Shown piece after piece: positions 37,452-49,955 of a stretch of 64,000 nt of DNA. Source of the stretch: Malacoraja senta. Its lineage: Eukaryota. The stretch lies in NCBI GenBank assembly GCA_038087875.1, contig CM075989.1:24120001-24184000 (forward strand), in the 5' to 3' direction. Every line of letters starts with the position of its first letter. Within the stretch, counting starts at the first letter, position 1. A program made the position numbers and the translations under genes. The notes beneath the pieces were generated by a model that worked only from the letters and a program-made list of their open reading frames with translations, ran no database searches and was not told where the DNA came from.

Positions 37452-37731
37452 AGGGCCTGTCCCACTTATGCGATTTCATTCGCCGACTTGCCTGCACCCG
37501 TCACAGTCGCAGCAGGTCACCGAAAATGTTCAACATGTTGAAAATCCAGCGAAGACCAGAAAAAGGCACGACTCTTTGGGCGACTACTCATGACCATACA
37601 GGTGTCACACCGTGACAAAGATGCAGAGTGCTGGAGTAACACAGCAGGTCAGGCTGCATCTCTGGAGAACATGGATAAGTGATGTTTCGGGACAGGACCA
37701 ACACATGTCGACACGCGGCGCCTGTATGGTC
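37452..37731. mobile_element. PIF/Harbinger-type MITE fragment, same family as 27868
   Basis: TTA|agggcctgtcccactt terminus and shared internal sequence; interrupted at 37616-37698. Confidence 0.65.
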
Positions 37732-37914
37732 CAATTACGGCAGGTGCTAAAACAATATTTAAAGACCTTTGGGCAGGTGCATGGATAGGAAATGTTTGGA
37801 GGGATATCGGCCAAACGCAGGCAGGTGGGACTAGTATAGATACATCATAGTCGTCATGGGAATGTTGGGCTGAAGGGCCTGTTTCCGTGCTGTATGACCC
37901 GGACTCTATGACTG

Positions 37915-38134
37915 ACAGATGCACAGGCACACTCAGGCGCACACGCTCACGCGCACACACAAAGTGCACACACATGTACACCCACTCTGAGATATGCACG
38001 CTCACCCACTCCAACAAACCCACACAGAAGTGCACACGCATGCACACTCACACTGACACACACGCATGCAGACACGCACACACACAGACGGGCGCACACA
38101 CACCGAGGTGCACACCCACACTGACACACGCATG

Positions 38135-38172
<38 letters not shown>

Positions 38173-38416
38173 TGCACATTTACTCTAACACACACGCACA
38201 CACACAGACATGTAGACTGACAAACACACGCAGACACACACATGCGCACATGCACACAGAGGTGCACACACACACACACACACACACAGACAGACAGAGA
38301 CACACACACACACACAGACAGAGACACACACACACAGAGACACACACACAGACAGAGACACAGACAGACAGAGACACACACACAGACAGAGACACAGACA
38401 GAAATACACACACACA
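37915..38416. repeat. Compound (CA)n/(CAGA)n microsatellite
   Basis: About 500 bp of degenerate CA and CAGA repeats. Confidence 0.95.
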
Positions 38417-38929
38417 TTCTTATGCTGTCTCAACTCACCCTATCACATTCACACTATCAAAAGTTGTTTCAAGTCTCACTCCGTATGAAATAAACATGTC
38501 AGATTGGGAAAGAACACAAATTGCCAGTTAAAGATGTGCCATTTTATTGCTGAACATGGTGTTCAATCCTTTAACTAAAATAAAAACACATTTTGGGCAT
38601 GACCTCCTGATTTTACTTCCAAAATCATATAATGGCATCACTTTTTTTTGGATGTAATCAAATAAAATATTAGCTGTTTATGGTCTGTTTGATGCCAGAT
38701 ATTTGAAGCCTTTTAGAGAATATATATATATTGCGAACTTGTAAAACTATTGAAAAAATTATTTTGCACATTTGTTTTATTATTATCACGGAGGTCATGT
38801 CTGTGGATTATTGTGGAAAGGAAATAATGGTGACCATATTTTTCCAAAGTGCTTTGGAAGAAAACCCAATATGAATGATTTTTTAAATATTATTGCAAAA
38901 TATTGACGTGAGGCTCTCTTGGCAAGATT

Positions 38930-41650
38930 TCTGTTCAGTTTAGTTTATTGTCACTTGTGCCGAGGCGCAGGGATCAGCTTTTATTTTATTTGACAACTAT
39001 CCAGTCAGCAGAAAGACTATACTTGATGACAATCGAGCCATTCACAGTGCATAGACACAAGATAAGGGAATAAGGGACAAACGTTTACTGCAAGGTAAAG
39101 CTAGTAAAGTCCTATCAAAAATAGACTGAGGGTCACCAATGAGGTAGATAGTAGTTCAGGACCGCTCTCTGGTTGTGGTAGGATGATTCAGTTGCTTGAT
39201 AACAGCCGGGAAGAAACTGTCCCTGAATCTGGAGGTGTGTGTTTTCACACTTCCGTACCTCTTGCCCGATGGGAGAGGGGAGTTGAGGGATATGCAATGG
39301 AAGACATTTAAAGACTGCATGGATGAACTACAAAAATGGTTCATCCCAGTTTGGCAAAAGAATAAATCAGGGAAGGTAGTGCATCCGTGGATAACAAGGG
39401 AAATCAGGGATGGTATTAAAGCGAAGGATGATGCATACAAATTAGCCAGAAAAAACAGCATAACGGAGGACTGGGAGAAATTCAGAGACCAGCAGAGGAG
39501 GACAAAGGGCTTAATTAGGAAAGGAAAAATAGATTATGAAAGAAAACTGGCAGGGAACATAACAACTGACTGCAAAAGTTTTTATAGATGTGTGAAAAGA
39601 AAGAGATTAGTTAAAACAAATGTAGGCCCCTTGCAGTCAGAAACAGGTGAGTTCATCGTGGGGAACAAGGATATGGCGGACCAATTGAATAACTACTTTG
39701 GTTCCGTCTTCACTAAGGAAGACATAAATAATCTGCCGGAAATAGCAGGGGACCGCGGGTCAAAGGAGTTGGAGGAATTGAGTGAAATCCAGGTTAGTCG
39801 GGAAGTGGTGTTAGGTAAATTGAATGGATTAAAGGCCGATAAATCCCCAGGGCCAGATAGGCTGCATCCCAGAGTACTTAAGGAAGTAGCTCCAGAAATA
39901 GTGGATGCATTAGTAATAATCTTTCAAAACTCTTTAGATTCTGGAGTAGTTCCTGAGGATTGGCGGGTAGCAAACGTAACCCCACTTTTTAAGAAGGGAG
40001 GGAGAGAGAAAACGGGGAATTTCAGACCAGTTAGTCTAACATCGGTAGTGGGGAAACTGCTAGAGTCAGTTATTAAAGATGGGATAGCAGCACATTTGGA
40101 AAGTGGTGAAATCATTGGACAAAGTCAGCATGGATTTACGAAAGGTAAATCATGTCTGACGAATCTTATAGAATTTTTCGAGGATGTAACTAGTAGCGTG
40201 GATAGGGGAGAACCAGTGGATGTGGTGTATCTGGACTTCCAGAAGGCTTTCGACAAGGTCCCACATAAGAGATTAGTATACAAACTTAAAGCACATGGCA
40301 TTGGGGGTTCAGTATTGATGTGGATAGAGAACTGGCTGGCAAACAGGAAGCAAAGAGTAGGAGTAAACGGGTCCTTTTCACAATGGCAGGCAGTGACTAG
40401 TGGGGTACCGCAAGGCTCAGTGCTGGGACCCCAGCTATTTACAATATATATTAATGACCTGGATGAGGGAATTGAAGGCAATATCTCCAAGTTTGCGGAT
40501 GACACTACGCTGGGGGGCAGTGTTAGCTGTGAGGAGGATGCTAGGAGATTGCAAGGTGACTTGGATAGGCTGGGTGAGTGGGCAAATGTTTGGCAGATGC
40601 AGTATAATGTGGATAAATGTGAGGTTATCCATTTTGGTGGCAAAAACAGGAAAGCAGACTATTATCTAAATGGTGGCCGACTAGGAAAAGGGGAGATGCA
40701 GCGAGACCTGGGTGTCATGGTACACCAGTCATTGAAAATAGGCATGCAGGTGCAGCAGGCAGTGAAGAAAGCGAATGGTATGTTAGCTTTCATAGCAAAA
40801 GGATTTGAGTATAGGAGCAGGGAGGTTCTACTGCAGTTGTACAGGGTCTTGGTGAGACCACACCTGGAGTATTGCGTACAGTTTTGGTCTCCAAATCTGA
40901 GGAAGGACATTATTGCCATAGAGGGAGTGCAGAGAAGGTTCACCAGACTGATTCCTGGGATGTCAGGACTGTCTTATGAAGAAAGACTGGATAGACTTGG
41001 TTTATACTCTCTAGAATTTAGGAGATTGAGAGGGGATCTTATAGAAACTAAGGGGTTGGACAGGCAAGATGCAGGAAGATTGCTCCCGATGTTGGGGAAG
41101 TCCATGACAAGGGGTCACAGCTTAAGGATAAGGGGGAAATCCTTTAAAACCGAGATGAGAAGAACTTTTTTCACACAGAGAGTGGTGAATCTCTGGAACT
41201 CTCTGCCACAGAGGGTAGTCGAGGCCAGTTCATTGGCTATATTTAAGAGGGAGTTAGATGTGGCCCTTGTGGCTAAAGGGATCAGAGGGTATGGAGAGAA
41301 GGCAGGTACGGGATACTGAGTTGGATGATCAGCCATGATCATATTGAATGGCGGTGCAGGCTCGAAGGGCTGAATGGCCTACTCCTGCACCTAATTTCTA
41401 TGTTTCTATGAGTGACTGGGGTGAGACTGGTCCTTGATTATGCTGCTGGCCTTGCCGATGCAGCGTGAGGTGTAGATAGAGTCAATGGAGGGGAGGTTGG
41501 TTTGTGTGATGGTCTGGGCTGCAAACATAATTTGCTGCAATTTCTTGCAGTCTTGGATGGAGCTGTTCCCAAACCAGGCTGCGATGCATCCTGATAAAAT
41601 GCTTTCTATGGGGCATCTGTAGAAGTTGGTGAGAGTTGTTGGGGACATTT
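38930..41650 (-). mobile_element. Rex1/Babar LINE fragment split by the large CR1 insertion (38930-39290 and 41410-41650)
   Basis: TLTNFYRCPIESILSGCIAAWFGN.. (41406-41660) continues as PLPSGKRY..TSRFRDSFFPAVIKQLN (39156-39290). Confidence 0.85.
39291..41409 (+). mobile_element. 5'-truncated CR1 LINE, 2.1 kb, with open reverse-transcriptase frame
   Basis: Frame open to 41319 with KSPGPD, NFRPVSLTS, SQHGF, YLDFQKAFDKV, GVPQGSVLGP, FADD; no endonuclease domain; 3' UTR and TTTCTATG tail. Confidence 0.95.
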
Positions 41651-44600
41651 CACACACCAAACAAAGAAGAATGCAGAATACTGATGCTACAAACTTTTAG
41701 TTTAAACATTTAGTTTGGTTTAATTTATTATTGTCATGTGTGCTGAGGTACAGCGTCAAGCTTTTGTTGCATGCTATCTAGTTGCTATCTAGTCAAAGAA
41801 AAGACTAGACATGATTACAATCAAGCCATCCACATTAAAGAATCAAGAGTACACATGTACTGCAAGATAATACACTCTTTACGTAAACAATAATTTGCAG
41901 TTAATTATTGTATGTAGTCATGCAATGGCAAGGGGATTTGTGGAAGAGCTCATTTTTAGTTTATTCGTTTTCGTTTTAGAGATACAGCGAGGAAACAGGC
42001 AATTTGGCCCACTGAGTCCGCACTGACCAGTGATCCCCACACATTAACACTATCCTACACACACTGGGGACAATTTACATTTGCACCAAGCCAATTACTC
42101 CACAAACCTGTACATCTTTGGAGTGTGGGAGGAAACCGAAGATCTCAGAGAAAACCCACGCAGGTCACGGGGTGAACGTACAAACTCCGTACAGGCAGCA
42201 CCCGTAGTCAAGATTAAACCAGCAACTCTACCGCTGCGCCACCGTGCCACTGCTTATGAGCTGAAGGGAGTGCAGACATATCTCAATCCTTCAGAATTAA
42301 TTTTTCCATAACTATAGCGCTGCCAAACCTATGTTCTCTTACATGCACGACAAATGTACATTAGCCTTGCATTCAAATGAGCTGCAATTACTCAGGCATT
42401 TACTTACACTGGGAATTTCTAATTTTGGTTTTCCACACACTGCTCAATTGTGCGCCCCATTCTATTTCCAAACCATAGCAACCTCAATCTGCAAGTTTGT
42501 TCCTTTTTAATGAAGGAAATGTCATTTACATTCTTTTGAAAATCTAAAGAACATACCCTGCTGTACTGAATGTTCCATGTCAGAATGGCTTAATGTTTAC
42601 AGTAAGACAGTGGAATACATTAGCCAAATGTATCTCAGATAATAACAAATACTCCAAAGATGGATGCCTTATCCTTTTAGAATCACCAGATTTATTTCTT
42701 GTGTGAATGTTATTTTCGAGTACAAATGCAGTAGGCATGTTATTCAGCCATGGAGCTTGAAAGCTAGATTAATTCTGCACAATTTTTACAGTGCGTTCTT
42801 CAGAGATGGTCACTGGACAGTGGTTACAAGTGACAATCCCTGACCAGTTTAGTTCATCCAAGTTAAGCATTACCAAGTTGAGCTGCGGTATCCTGAACCG
42901 CACTCTGCTGTGATCAGTGAAGTTGGCATGGACCACTGGTTGAAATCTTAACAAACTTCAGGGAGTCAATTACAGGTCATTTACAAAAAAAAAACGATGG
43001 CTGATCTGTTAATTTGGGGGGGGGGGGGGGAGAAACAGTTAATTGGAAATGTGAGCATAGTCATTCTGAAAAGTTGTGTTCATGCACCGACCAGCGATTC
43101 CTGCTCACTAACACTATCCTACACGAGGGACAATGTTTACATTTATACCAAGCTAATGAACCTTTGGAGTGTGGGAGGAAACCAAAGTTCTCGGTGAAAA
43201 TCCAGGCAGTCACGGGGAGAAAGTACAAACTCCGTGCAGATAGCACCTTTAGCCGGGATCGAACCCGGGTCTCTGGCTCTGTAAGGCAGCAACTCTACCG
43301 CTGCGCCACCAGTGAAAGTGTTTTTAAGCAGCATCTTTGTGGAGAGACAGAAAGACCATGCCATGGACATAATTGGTGAGATTTATTACGTATTGTTGGC
43401 CACTGAAGTCCCCGGGCTGACTTGATGATGGGATGACTCACCCATGGTTTCCATCTTTGAGACGGATGGACTTCTGCTGCTGCTTTGATGTACCTGGGAT
43501 GTTATTGTTTGGTGGAAGAGTCTGGAATGTGAGCAATTTTTTTTGATTCACATGTGAAGATTTTATTTGGACAAAAGTGAAGAAAGCCATCCAGAAGATG
43601 TGAGGGCTGCTGCTGACAATATGTTGGAGATTAATCTGCAACATGAAAAACCCAAGGACATTAAAGACTTTGCTTTATCTTGACTGAAGTCATTTTTCTG
43701 GAAATACTCAGCAGGTCAGGCACCATGTGGAGAGAGAAACTCTCTTGAGTTTTCAAAGTTAACATGAATTGTTTCCCTCTCAGCATGGTGCCTGACCTGC
43801 TGAGTATTTCCAGCATTGGCTGTTTTGTTTTTAATAACTTCAGCATTGCTACTTTCTGTGGAACCTCAGGTCCTGGTGCCCAACACTGGCCAACATCATC
43901 ATGAACCATATCTGGGGATTTGTAACAAAATTAACTGCTGCTTTACTACAGATGATAAGTCGACATGAACCAACATCTGTGGTTCTTTGTTTCCATGTTA
44001 GTTTAGTTTAGCGATGCGGCATGGAAACAGGCCCTTCGGCCCACCGAGTCCGCGCCGAGTTGCGATCCCCACACACTAACACTATCCTACTCACACTAGG
44101 GGCAATTTTACATTTATGCCAAGCCAATTAACCTACAAACCTGTACGACTTTGGAGTATGGGAGGAAATTCAGATTCCGATTCAACTTTATTGTCATTGT
44201 GCTGTGTACAGTACAGAGACAATAAAATGCAGTATGCAATTTGCAAATGCAAAAATCTCAGAGAAAACCCAAGCAGGTCACGGGGAGAACGTACAAACTC
44301 TGCACTGACAGCACCCGTGGTCGGGATCGATTCCGGATCTCTGGGGCTGTAAGGCAGCAACTCTACCGCTGTGCCACTCAAGTCCAGATTATTCCAATTA
44401 TTTCATTAACCACCATGTCTGATGTTTCCAGAATGTTTCATGTTCAAAAGTTATAGGAGCACAATTAGGCCATTCGGCCCACCATGTCTACACCCCATTC
44501 AATCATGGCTGATCTATCTTTCCCTCTCAACCCCATTCTCCTGCCTTCTCCCCATAACCCCTGACACCCGTACTAATCAAGAATCTGTCAATCTCCACCT

Positions 44601-46089
44601 TAACAAATATCCACTGACTTGGCCTCCACGGCCGTCTGTAGCAATGAGTTCCACAGATTCACCACCCCCTGACTAAAGAAATTCCTCCTCATCACCTTTC
44701 TAAAGGTAAGTCCTTTTATTCTGAGGCTGTGGCCTCTGGTCCGAGACTCTCCCACGAGCGGAAACCTCTTCTCCGCATCCACTCTATCCAGGCCTTTCAC
44801 AATTCGAATTTAATGAGTGGATTGTTATCTTATTTATGTTTAAGCTGGATATTTTCTCAAAACCCTTTTTACTTTTAGCCAGCTCAACATTGCTGGAAGT
44901 ACAGCTCGTACCTCAATCCGTGGGCTCTGGGGCGCACGAGTGTGAACTGACACCAGGAAAGTGAAATGATTTTGAAGAGTTTCCAATCTAATATGTCTTC
45001 AGTGAGACTAAGATTATTCAGTATCAACTGCAAATAAAAACATTGGCTGGAAATATTTTTATACATTATTATAAAAAATGTTTTATTATTATTTAATAGT
45101 TTTTATTATTATTTTTATTTATCATGTTTATGTTTTTGTAAATAAAAATATTGGCTGGAATTTTTTTTTAATTAAGAAAATAAAAGCCACACAGCAGTGT
45201 AGGTTTTTGCTTGAAATGAGCTTGGATATCATACACAACAGTAGCTGAATTTCTTTAACTAAAGTGGTAACCTCTTAGACAATTTCATCGCTAAGTGGTG
45301 CATTGAGTTATTTAACCTTGGCTAACTAATCGTTCATCTTTATTTGTTATCTCATGCATACTTCATCACACATTCTGCTCATCACTGTCGAGAAAGATGA
45401 ATAAACCTCAGAGGTCGGAAAGTAGGTTTAAAATTACCCTTCGTAATTATTTGATCTCGTCCATAAACTATTTCCCGTGCAAGGGAAGTGAGGTTGGAAA
45501 CAATGATGGTTCAACAGTTAGAATGGTCTGAAGAAGGGTCTCAACCTAAAATGTTAACCCGAAAGGGTCTCAACCCAAAAATGTTCCCAATATTAAGGGA
45601 GTCCAGAACCAGGGGTCACTGTTTAAGATTAAGGGGTCGGCCATTTAGGACTGAGATGCGGAAAAACTTTTTCACCCAGAGAGTTGTGAATCTGTGGAAT
45701 TCTCTGCCACAGAAGGCGGTGGAGGTCAATTCACTGGATGTTTTCAAGCGAGAGTTACATTTAGTTCTTAGGGCTAAAGGAATCAAAGGATATGGGGAAA
45801 AAGCAGGAACGGGGTACTGATTTTAGATGATCAACCATGATCATATATGAATGGCGGTGCTGGCTGAATTCAGTCTGAAGAAGGGTCTTAACACAAAACA
45901 TCACCTGCTCCATAGATGCTGCCTCACCCGCTGAGTTTCTCCAGCATTTTTGTCTACCTTTGATCTTTCCAGCATCTGCAGTCCTTTCTGACACAAAAAG
46001 CTGGAGTCTCAGCGGGGCAGCATGGACAAACTGGGCCGTAGGGCCTGTTTTTGTGCTGTATGGGACTGCAAACTTATTTGTGCTTATGT

Positions 46090-46320
46090 TGATTGAGAGA
46101 GTGTTGTATCAGAGAGCACTGAGAATTCCCTTCATGTTCTTCATAACTGGATACTTCAGGTCCAGCAGGGAGGCCAGACTTGGCTTCTGTGTGAAATCTC
46201 AGTTGAAAACCAGTAATTATGATGGTGTTGCATTTCCCCGGAGCTAACCTCTATTGGGATCATTTTAACTTGATCCCACACCTCTCGACTTGAGAGTGCC
46301 AGCTACCAAGCTGAAGTTAA
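46090..46320 (-). mobile_element. Possible very old Deu-domain SINE remnant
   Basis: Weak, colinear resemblance to the 52704-52835 segment. Confidence 0.3.
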
Positions 46321-46840
46321 CATAGTTAGATGAGACTCTTTGCACCAAAAAGGATCTTACACTTTTGTTTACAGTGTAGGAGAGGAACTCCAAGAACAAT
46401 CTTCTAAGGTATGGCTTTGGCTCCGAGTTCCCGCCATTCAGTAGTCGAGTTGAAACGACAGTTCATTAGAGAAGTGAGACAGTCCCATCAATCCTGCTGA
46501 TAATTAACTCCATTTAGTCAAGTTAAATTATTACCTGTTTTTTTTGCAAATGCCTTTGGTGAATCCTATGAATACTGTGTGCCTGGGTCTCGAATGTTGG
46601 CTCGCTTGTTGTCACTTGCTTTGACTGATTTTCCAACAAGATAAGAAAATAAATCCAATCACCATGGAGCCTGTGAAAGCAAACATTGTGAGAAAGGAGA
46701 CCAAGAAAGGAAGCAGGAAATGGTGCAGAAATAGAGGAGGGGGGGAAGAGTACACAAACAGAACTTGCCTGTTACATTTGGCCTTGGTGATAAAGCAACT
46801 GCTATTTTTCTGATGACACTAAGATCTGTAGCTTGTGGTC

Positions 46841-47858
46841 TTCTTCGAGTCCGTTGCAATCTCAGATGTCGTTCTGCCAGTATCTGGCGCAGGTCACAGC
46901 TGGTCGAGTCGGTTCAGCCAGGTCCTGGGGGCTGCACTGGGGGGGGGGGGGGGTCGTCAAACTCCAGTAGGTGGGACATTGTCTGTGCTGCTCCACAGCT
47001 GCATGCGTCTTCTGCCTGGTAGTTCCATGCTTTCAGAAGTGCTTTACACCTCCCCTGCTCCACTCGTAATCTGTTGAGGGTCTTCCAGGTTGGCCATGGG
47101 AGGTCGTGCCCGTTGGCGAGGCATTCAGTCGGAGTGATTCCTCTCTCCATCCAGTCGTGGGCTCGTGTGTTGAGCTGGTTCCATTCATCTTTCCAGATGT
47201 TGGTCCTTGCTGTTTCTTTGGTTGTCTGGAGAGGTGGGACTGTCTGCAAGAAACTGGCTCTGGATTTCAGTCGGGGTGGTGGTGCTGTGTGTCCGTGCAG
47301 GGGGTGCCTGGTATCGATCTCCTGTGCTCTCCGCCTGTCTTGGGCGACGATGGATCGTCTGATATGGGGGGGGGGGGGGGGCAATACCAGCTAGGGCATA
47401 GAGGCACGGGACTGGCGTTGTCTTTATACATCCCGTGATAATGCGGCAGGTGTCATTGAGGGCTGTGTCAACCAGTTTGGTGTGGTGGGAGCGGCTCCAG
47501 CTTGAGCACGCGTATTCAGCTGTGGAGAAGCACAGGGCTAGGGCAGTTGCACGGATGGTTGGTGGATCAGCGCCCCACTTTGAGTTTACCAGTTTGCGCT
47601 GGATGTTGTTGCGAGTGTTGACCTTGGCTTTGGTGTTCTGAAGGTGGGTTTTGAAAGAGAGTGTCCTGTCGAGTGTGACTCCGAGGTACACGGGATGGAA
47701 GTGGTTGGAGAGTTTGTGGCCATCCCATGAGACGCTCAGTTGTTTTCCTGCATCTCGATTTTTAAGATGGAAGCTGCATAGTTGGGTTTTTGATGGGTTG
47801 GGTTTCAGGCGGTTGTTATTGTAGTAGGTTGTCATCTCTTGGAGGGCGCTTTCCAGGA
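46841..47858 (-). mobile_element. 5'-truncated Vingi/Ingi-like non-LTR retrotransposon with 9-bp TSD
   Basis: YLGVTLDRTLSF..KWGADPPTIRATALALCFSTAEYA..ITGCIKTTP..LAGIAPP, then WKTLNRLRVEQGRC..CSCGAAQTMSH; short GAA tail; cttgtggtc at 46832-46840 and 47859-47867. Confidence 0.8.
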
Positions 47859-49550
47859 CTTGTGGTCGGGTTAGTTCAGTATTCGCAGTGCCTGCTTGAT
47901 GTCCTTGACTGCCTTTGAAGTAGGGGTGGCACAGTGACACAGACAGCCATAGAGCTCCTGCCTCACAGCGCCAGAGACTCAGCTTCAATCCTGTCTGTAC
48001 GGAGTTTGCTCAGTGTTCGTGAGGCAGGAGCTCTATGGCTGACTGTGCGTGGGCACTGTGTGGGCTTCCTGTGGTTTCCTCCCACATCCTGAATATGTGC
48101 GGGTTTGTAGGTTGATTGTTAACTCTGCCATTATCCCTCGTGAGTAGGGAGTGGATGTGAATGTGGGATAACATGGAACCAATGGGTGAATGATCATCAG
48201 CGTAGACACAGAGGGCGGTGGAGGCCGGTTCTCTGGATACTTTCAAGAGAGAGCTAGATAAGGCGCTTAAAAATAGCAGTCAGGGGATATGAGGAGAAGG
48301 CAGGAACGGGGTACTGATTGTGGATGATCAGCCATGATCACATTGAATGGTGGTGCTGGCTCGAAGGGCTGAATGGCCTCCTCCTGCACCTATTGCCTAT
48401 TGTCTATTGTCTATTTCCGTGCTGTATCTTTCACTCTGGCAGTCTTTCAAGATCTCAGGATATCACGAGTTGCCTTCCAGTCAATGGCGACACCTTGTAG
48501 CTTGGTGTCTGTCGAATTATTTGAAACATCATCCATTCCGTCTCTCCAGAGATGCTGCGTGTCCCGCTGAGTTACTCCAGCATTTTGTGTGTACGTTCGG
48601 AGTAAACCAGCATCTGCAGTTCCTTCCTACATATTTGAAACATGCAGTCAATCTATGAAAGAGCGTCCCAGAGTGAAGTATAATTCACAGAGCTTCAGTC
48701 ATGTCACTTCATAGGTTGTGGGGAGTTCTCTCGAATGGCTCAGCTCTTGCCTGGCGTGCTTGAGGCAGCAAGTTGATGCCTACATTCTCCATTCCACTTT
48801 TAGGAGCAGCTGGTGCACCTGCAGTCCTACACCTCCAGTGACTCTACCCTATAGTGAAAGGCCTGGATAGAGTGGATGTGGAGAGGATGTTTCCAGCAGT
48901 GGGAGAGTCTAGGACCAGAGGTCATTGCCTCATCATTAAAGGACATTCCTTTCAGAAGGAGATGAGGAGGAATTTCTTTAGTCGGAGGGTGGTGAATCTG
49001 AGGAATTTTTGCCACAGGAGGCTGTGGAGGCCAAGTCAATGTATATATTTAAGGCGGAGATAGATAGATTCTTGATTAGTACGGGTGTTAGGGGTTATGG
49101 GGAGAAGGCAGAAGAATGGGGTTAGGAGGGAGAGATAGATCAGCCTTGATGGAATGGCGGATGGCCTAATTCTACTATCTCTCCATTACTGCCTGTGTGG
49201 TGTTTGCATGTTCTCCCTGTGTCTTTGTGGATATGTGGGTGGGTAAATGCAGAGACAGGAGGAAGTTAACGGGAATGCATGGAGAATAAAAGGAATAAAG
49301 TGGGATTGTTGTAGGATCAGAGTAAGTAGGGTCCAGATGGGGACGTGGACTGACTGGATGTTGCAGAAGACAGAGTCCCCCAGTCCTCACCTTCCACCCC
49401 ATCAGCCGTCGTAATCAACACATAATCCTCCAACATTTTCGCCACCTCCAACAAGATCCCAACACTGGTCACATCTTCCCATCTCCACCCCATTCCACTT
49501 TCAGCAGAGACCGTACCCTCCGCAACTCCCTGGTTAACCCCCTCCCCAGG

Positions 49551-49778
49551 CAGGGCTGTCTTAACAGCATTATAGGCCCCCGGGCAAACAGTGCACTGGG
49601 GCCCCTCCACTTCCAGTTTCTTTATGCCAAATCAAATATGCTGTCATGCACTTGCGATGTTCTTCTCCATTTTCATGTTCTACAATAATATTCTACAATA
49701 CATAGATTAGCATGGGGCCCCTATGCTGGTGGGACCCCAGGCAACTGCCCACTGTGCCCATGCGTTAAGATGGCCCTG
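49551..49778. mobile_element. 228-bp hAT-type MITE with perfect 8-bp TSD
   Basis: TIRs cagggctgtcttaac / gttaagatggccctg (13 of 15 match); tccccagg at 49543-49550 and 49779-49786; subterminal ggcccc motifs. Confidence 0.88.
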
Positions 49779-49927
49779 TCCCCAGGTACCTTCCCCTGCA
49801 ATCGCTAACAATGGCCTGTTTCCTTTATCAGCATTATTTTTTTGCATATCATCCATTCATTTGTTCTATATCTCTCTACATCACCATCTATATCTCTCGT
49901 TTCCCTTTCCCGAGACACATTTTCACT

Positions 49928-49955
49928 CTGAAGAAGGGTCTCGACCCGAAACGTC
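49928..49955 (+). ncRNA. Minimal hammerhead ribozyme motif, sense to the host transcript
   Basis: CUGAAGA-A-GGGU-CUCG-ACCC-GAAA-CG-UC; palindromic ACGU in place of stem III. Confidence 0.6.

Noticed and set aside
37887..38531. 214-aa His/Thr-rich ORF and antisense Cys/Val-rich ORFs
   Set aside because: Translations of the (CA)n microsatellite.
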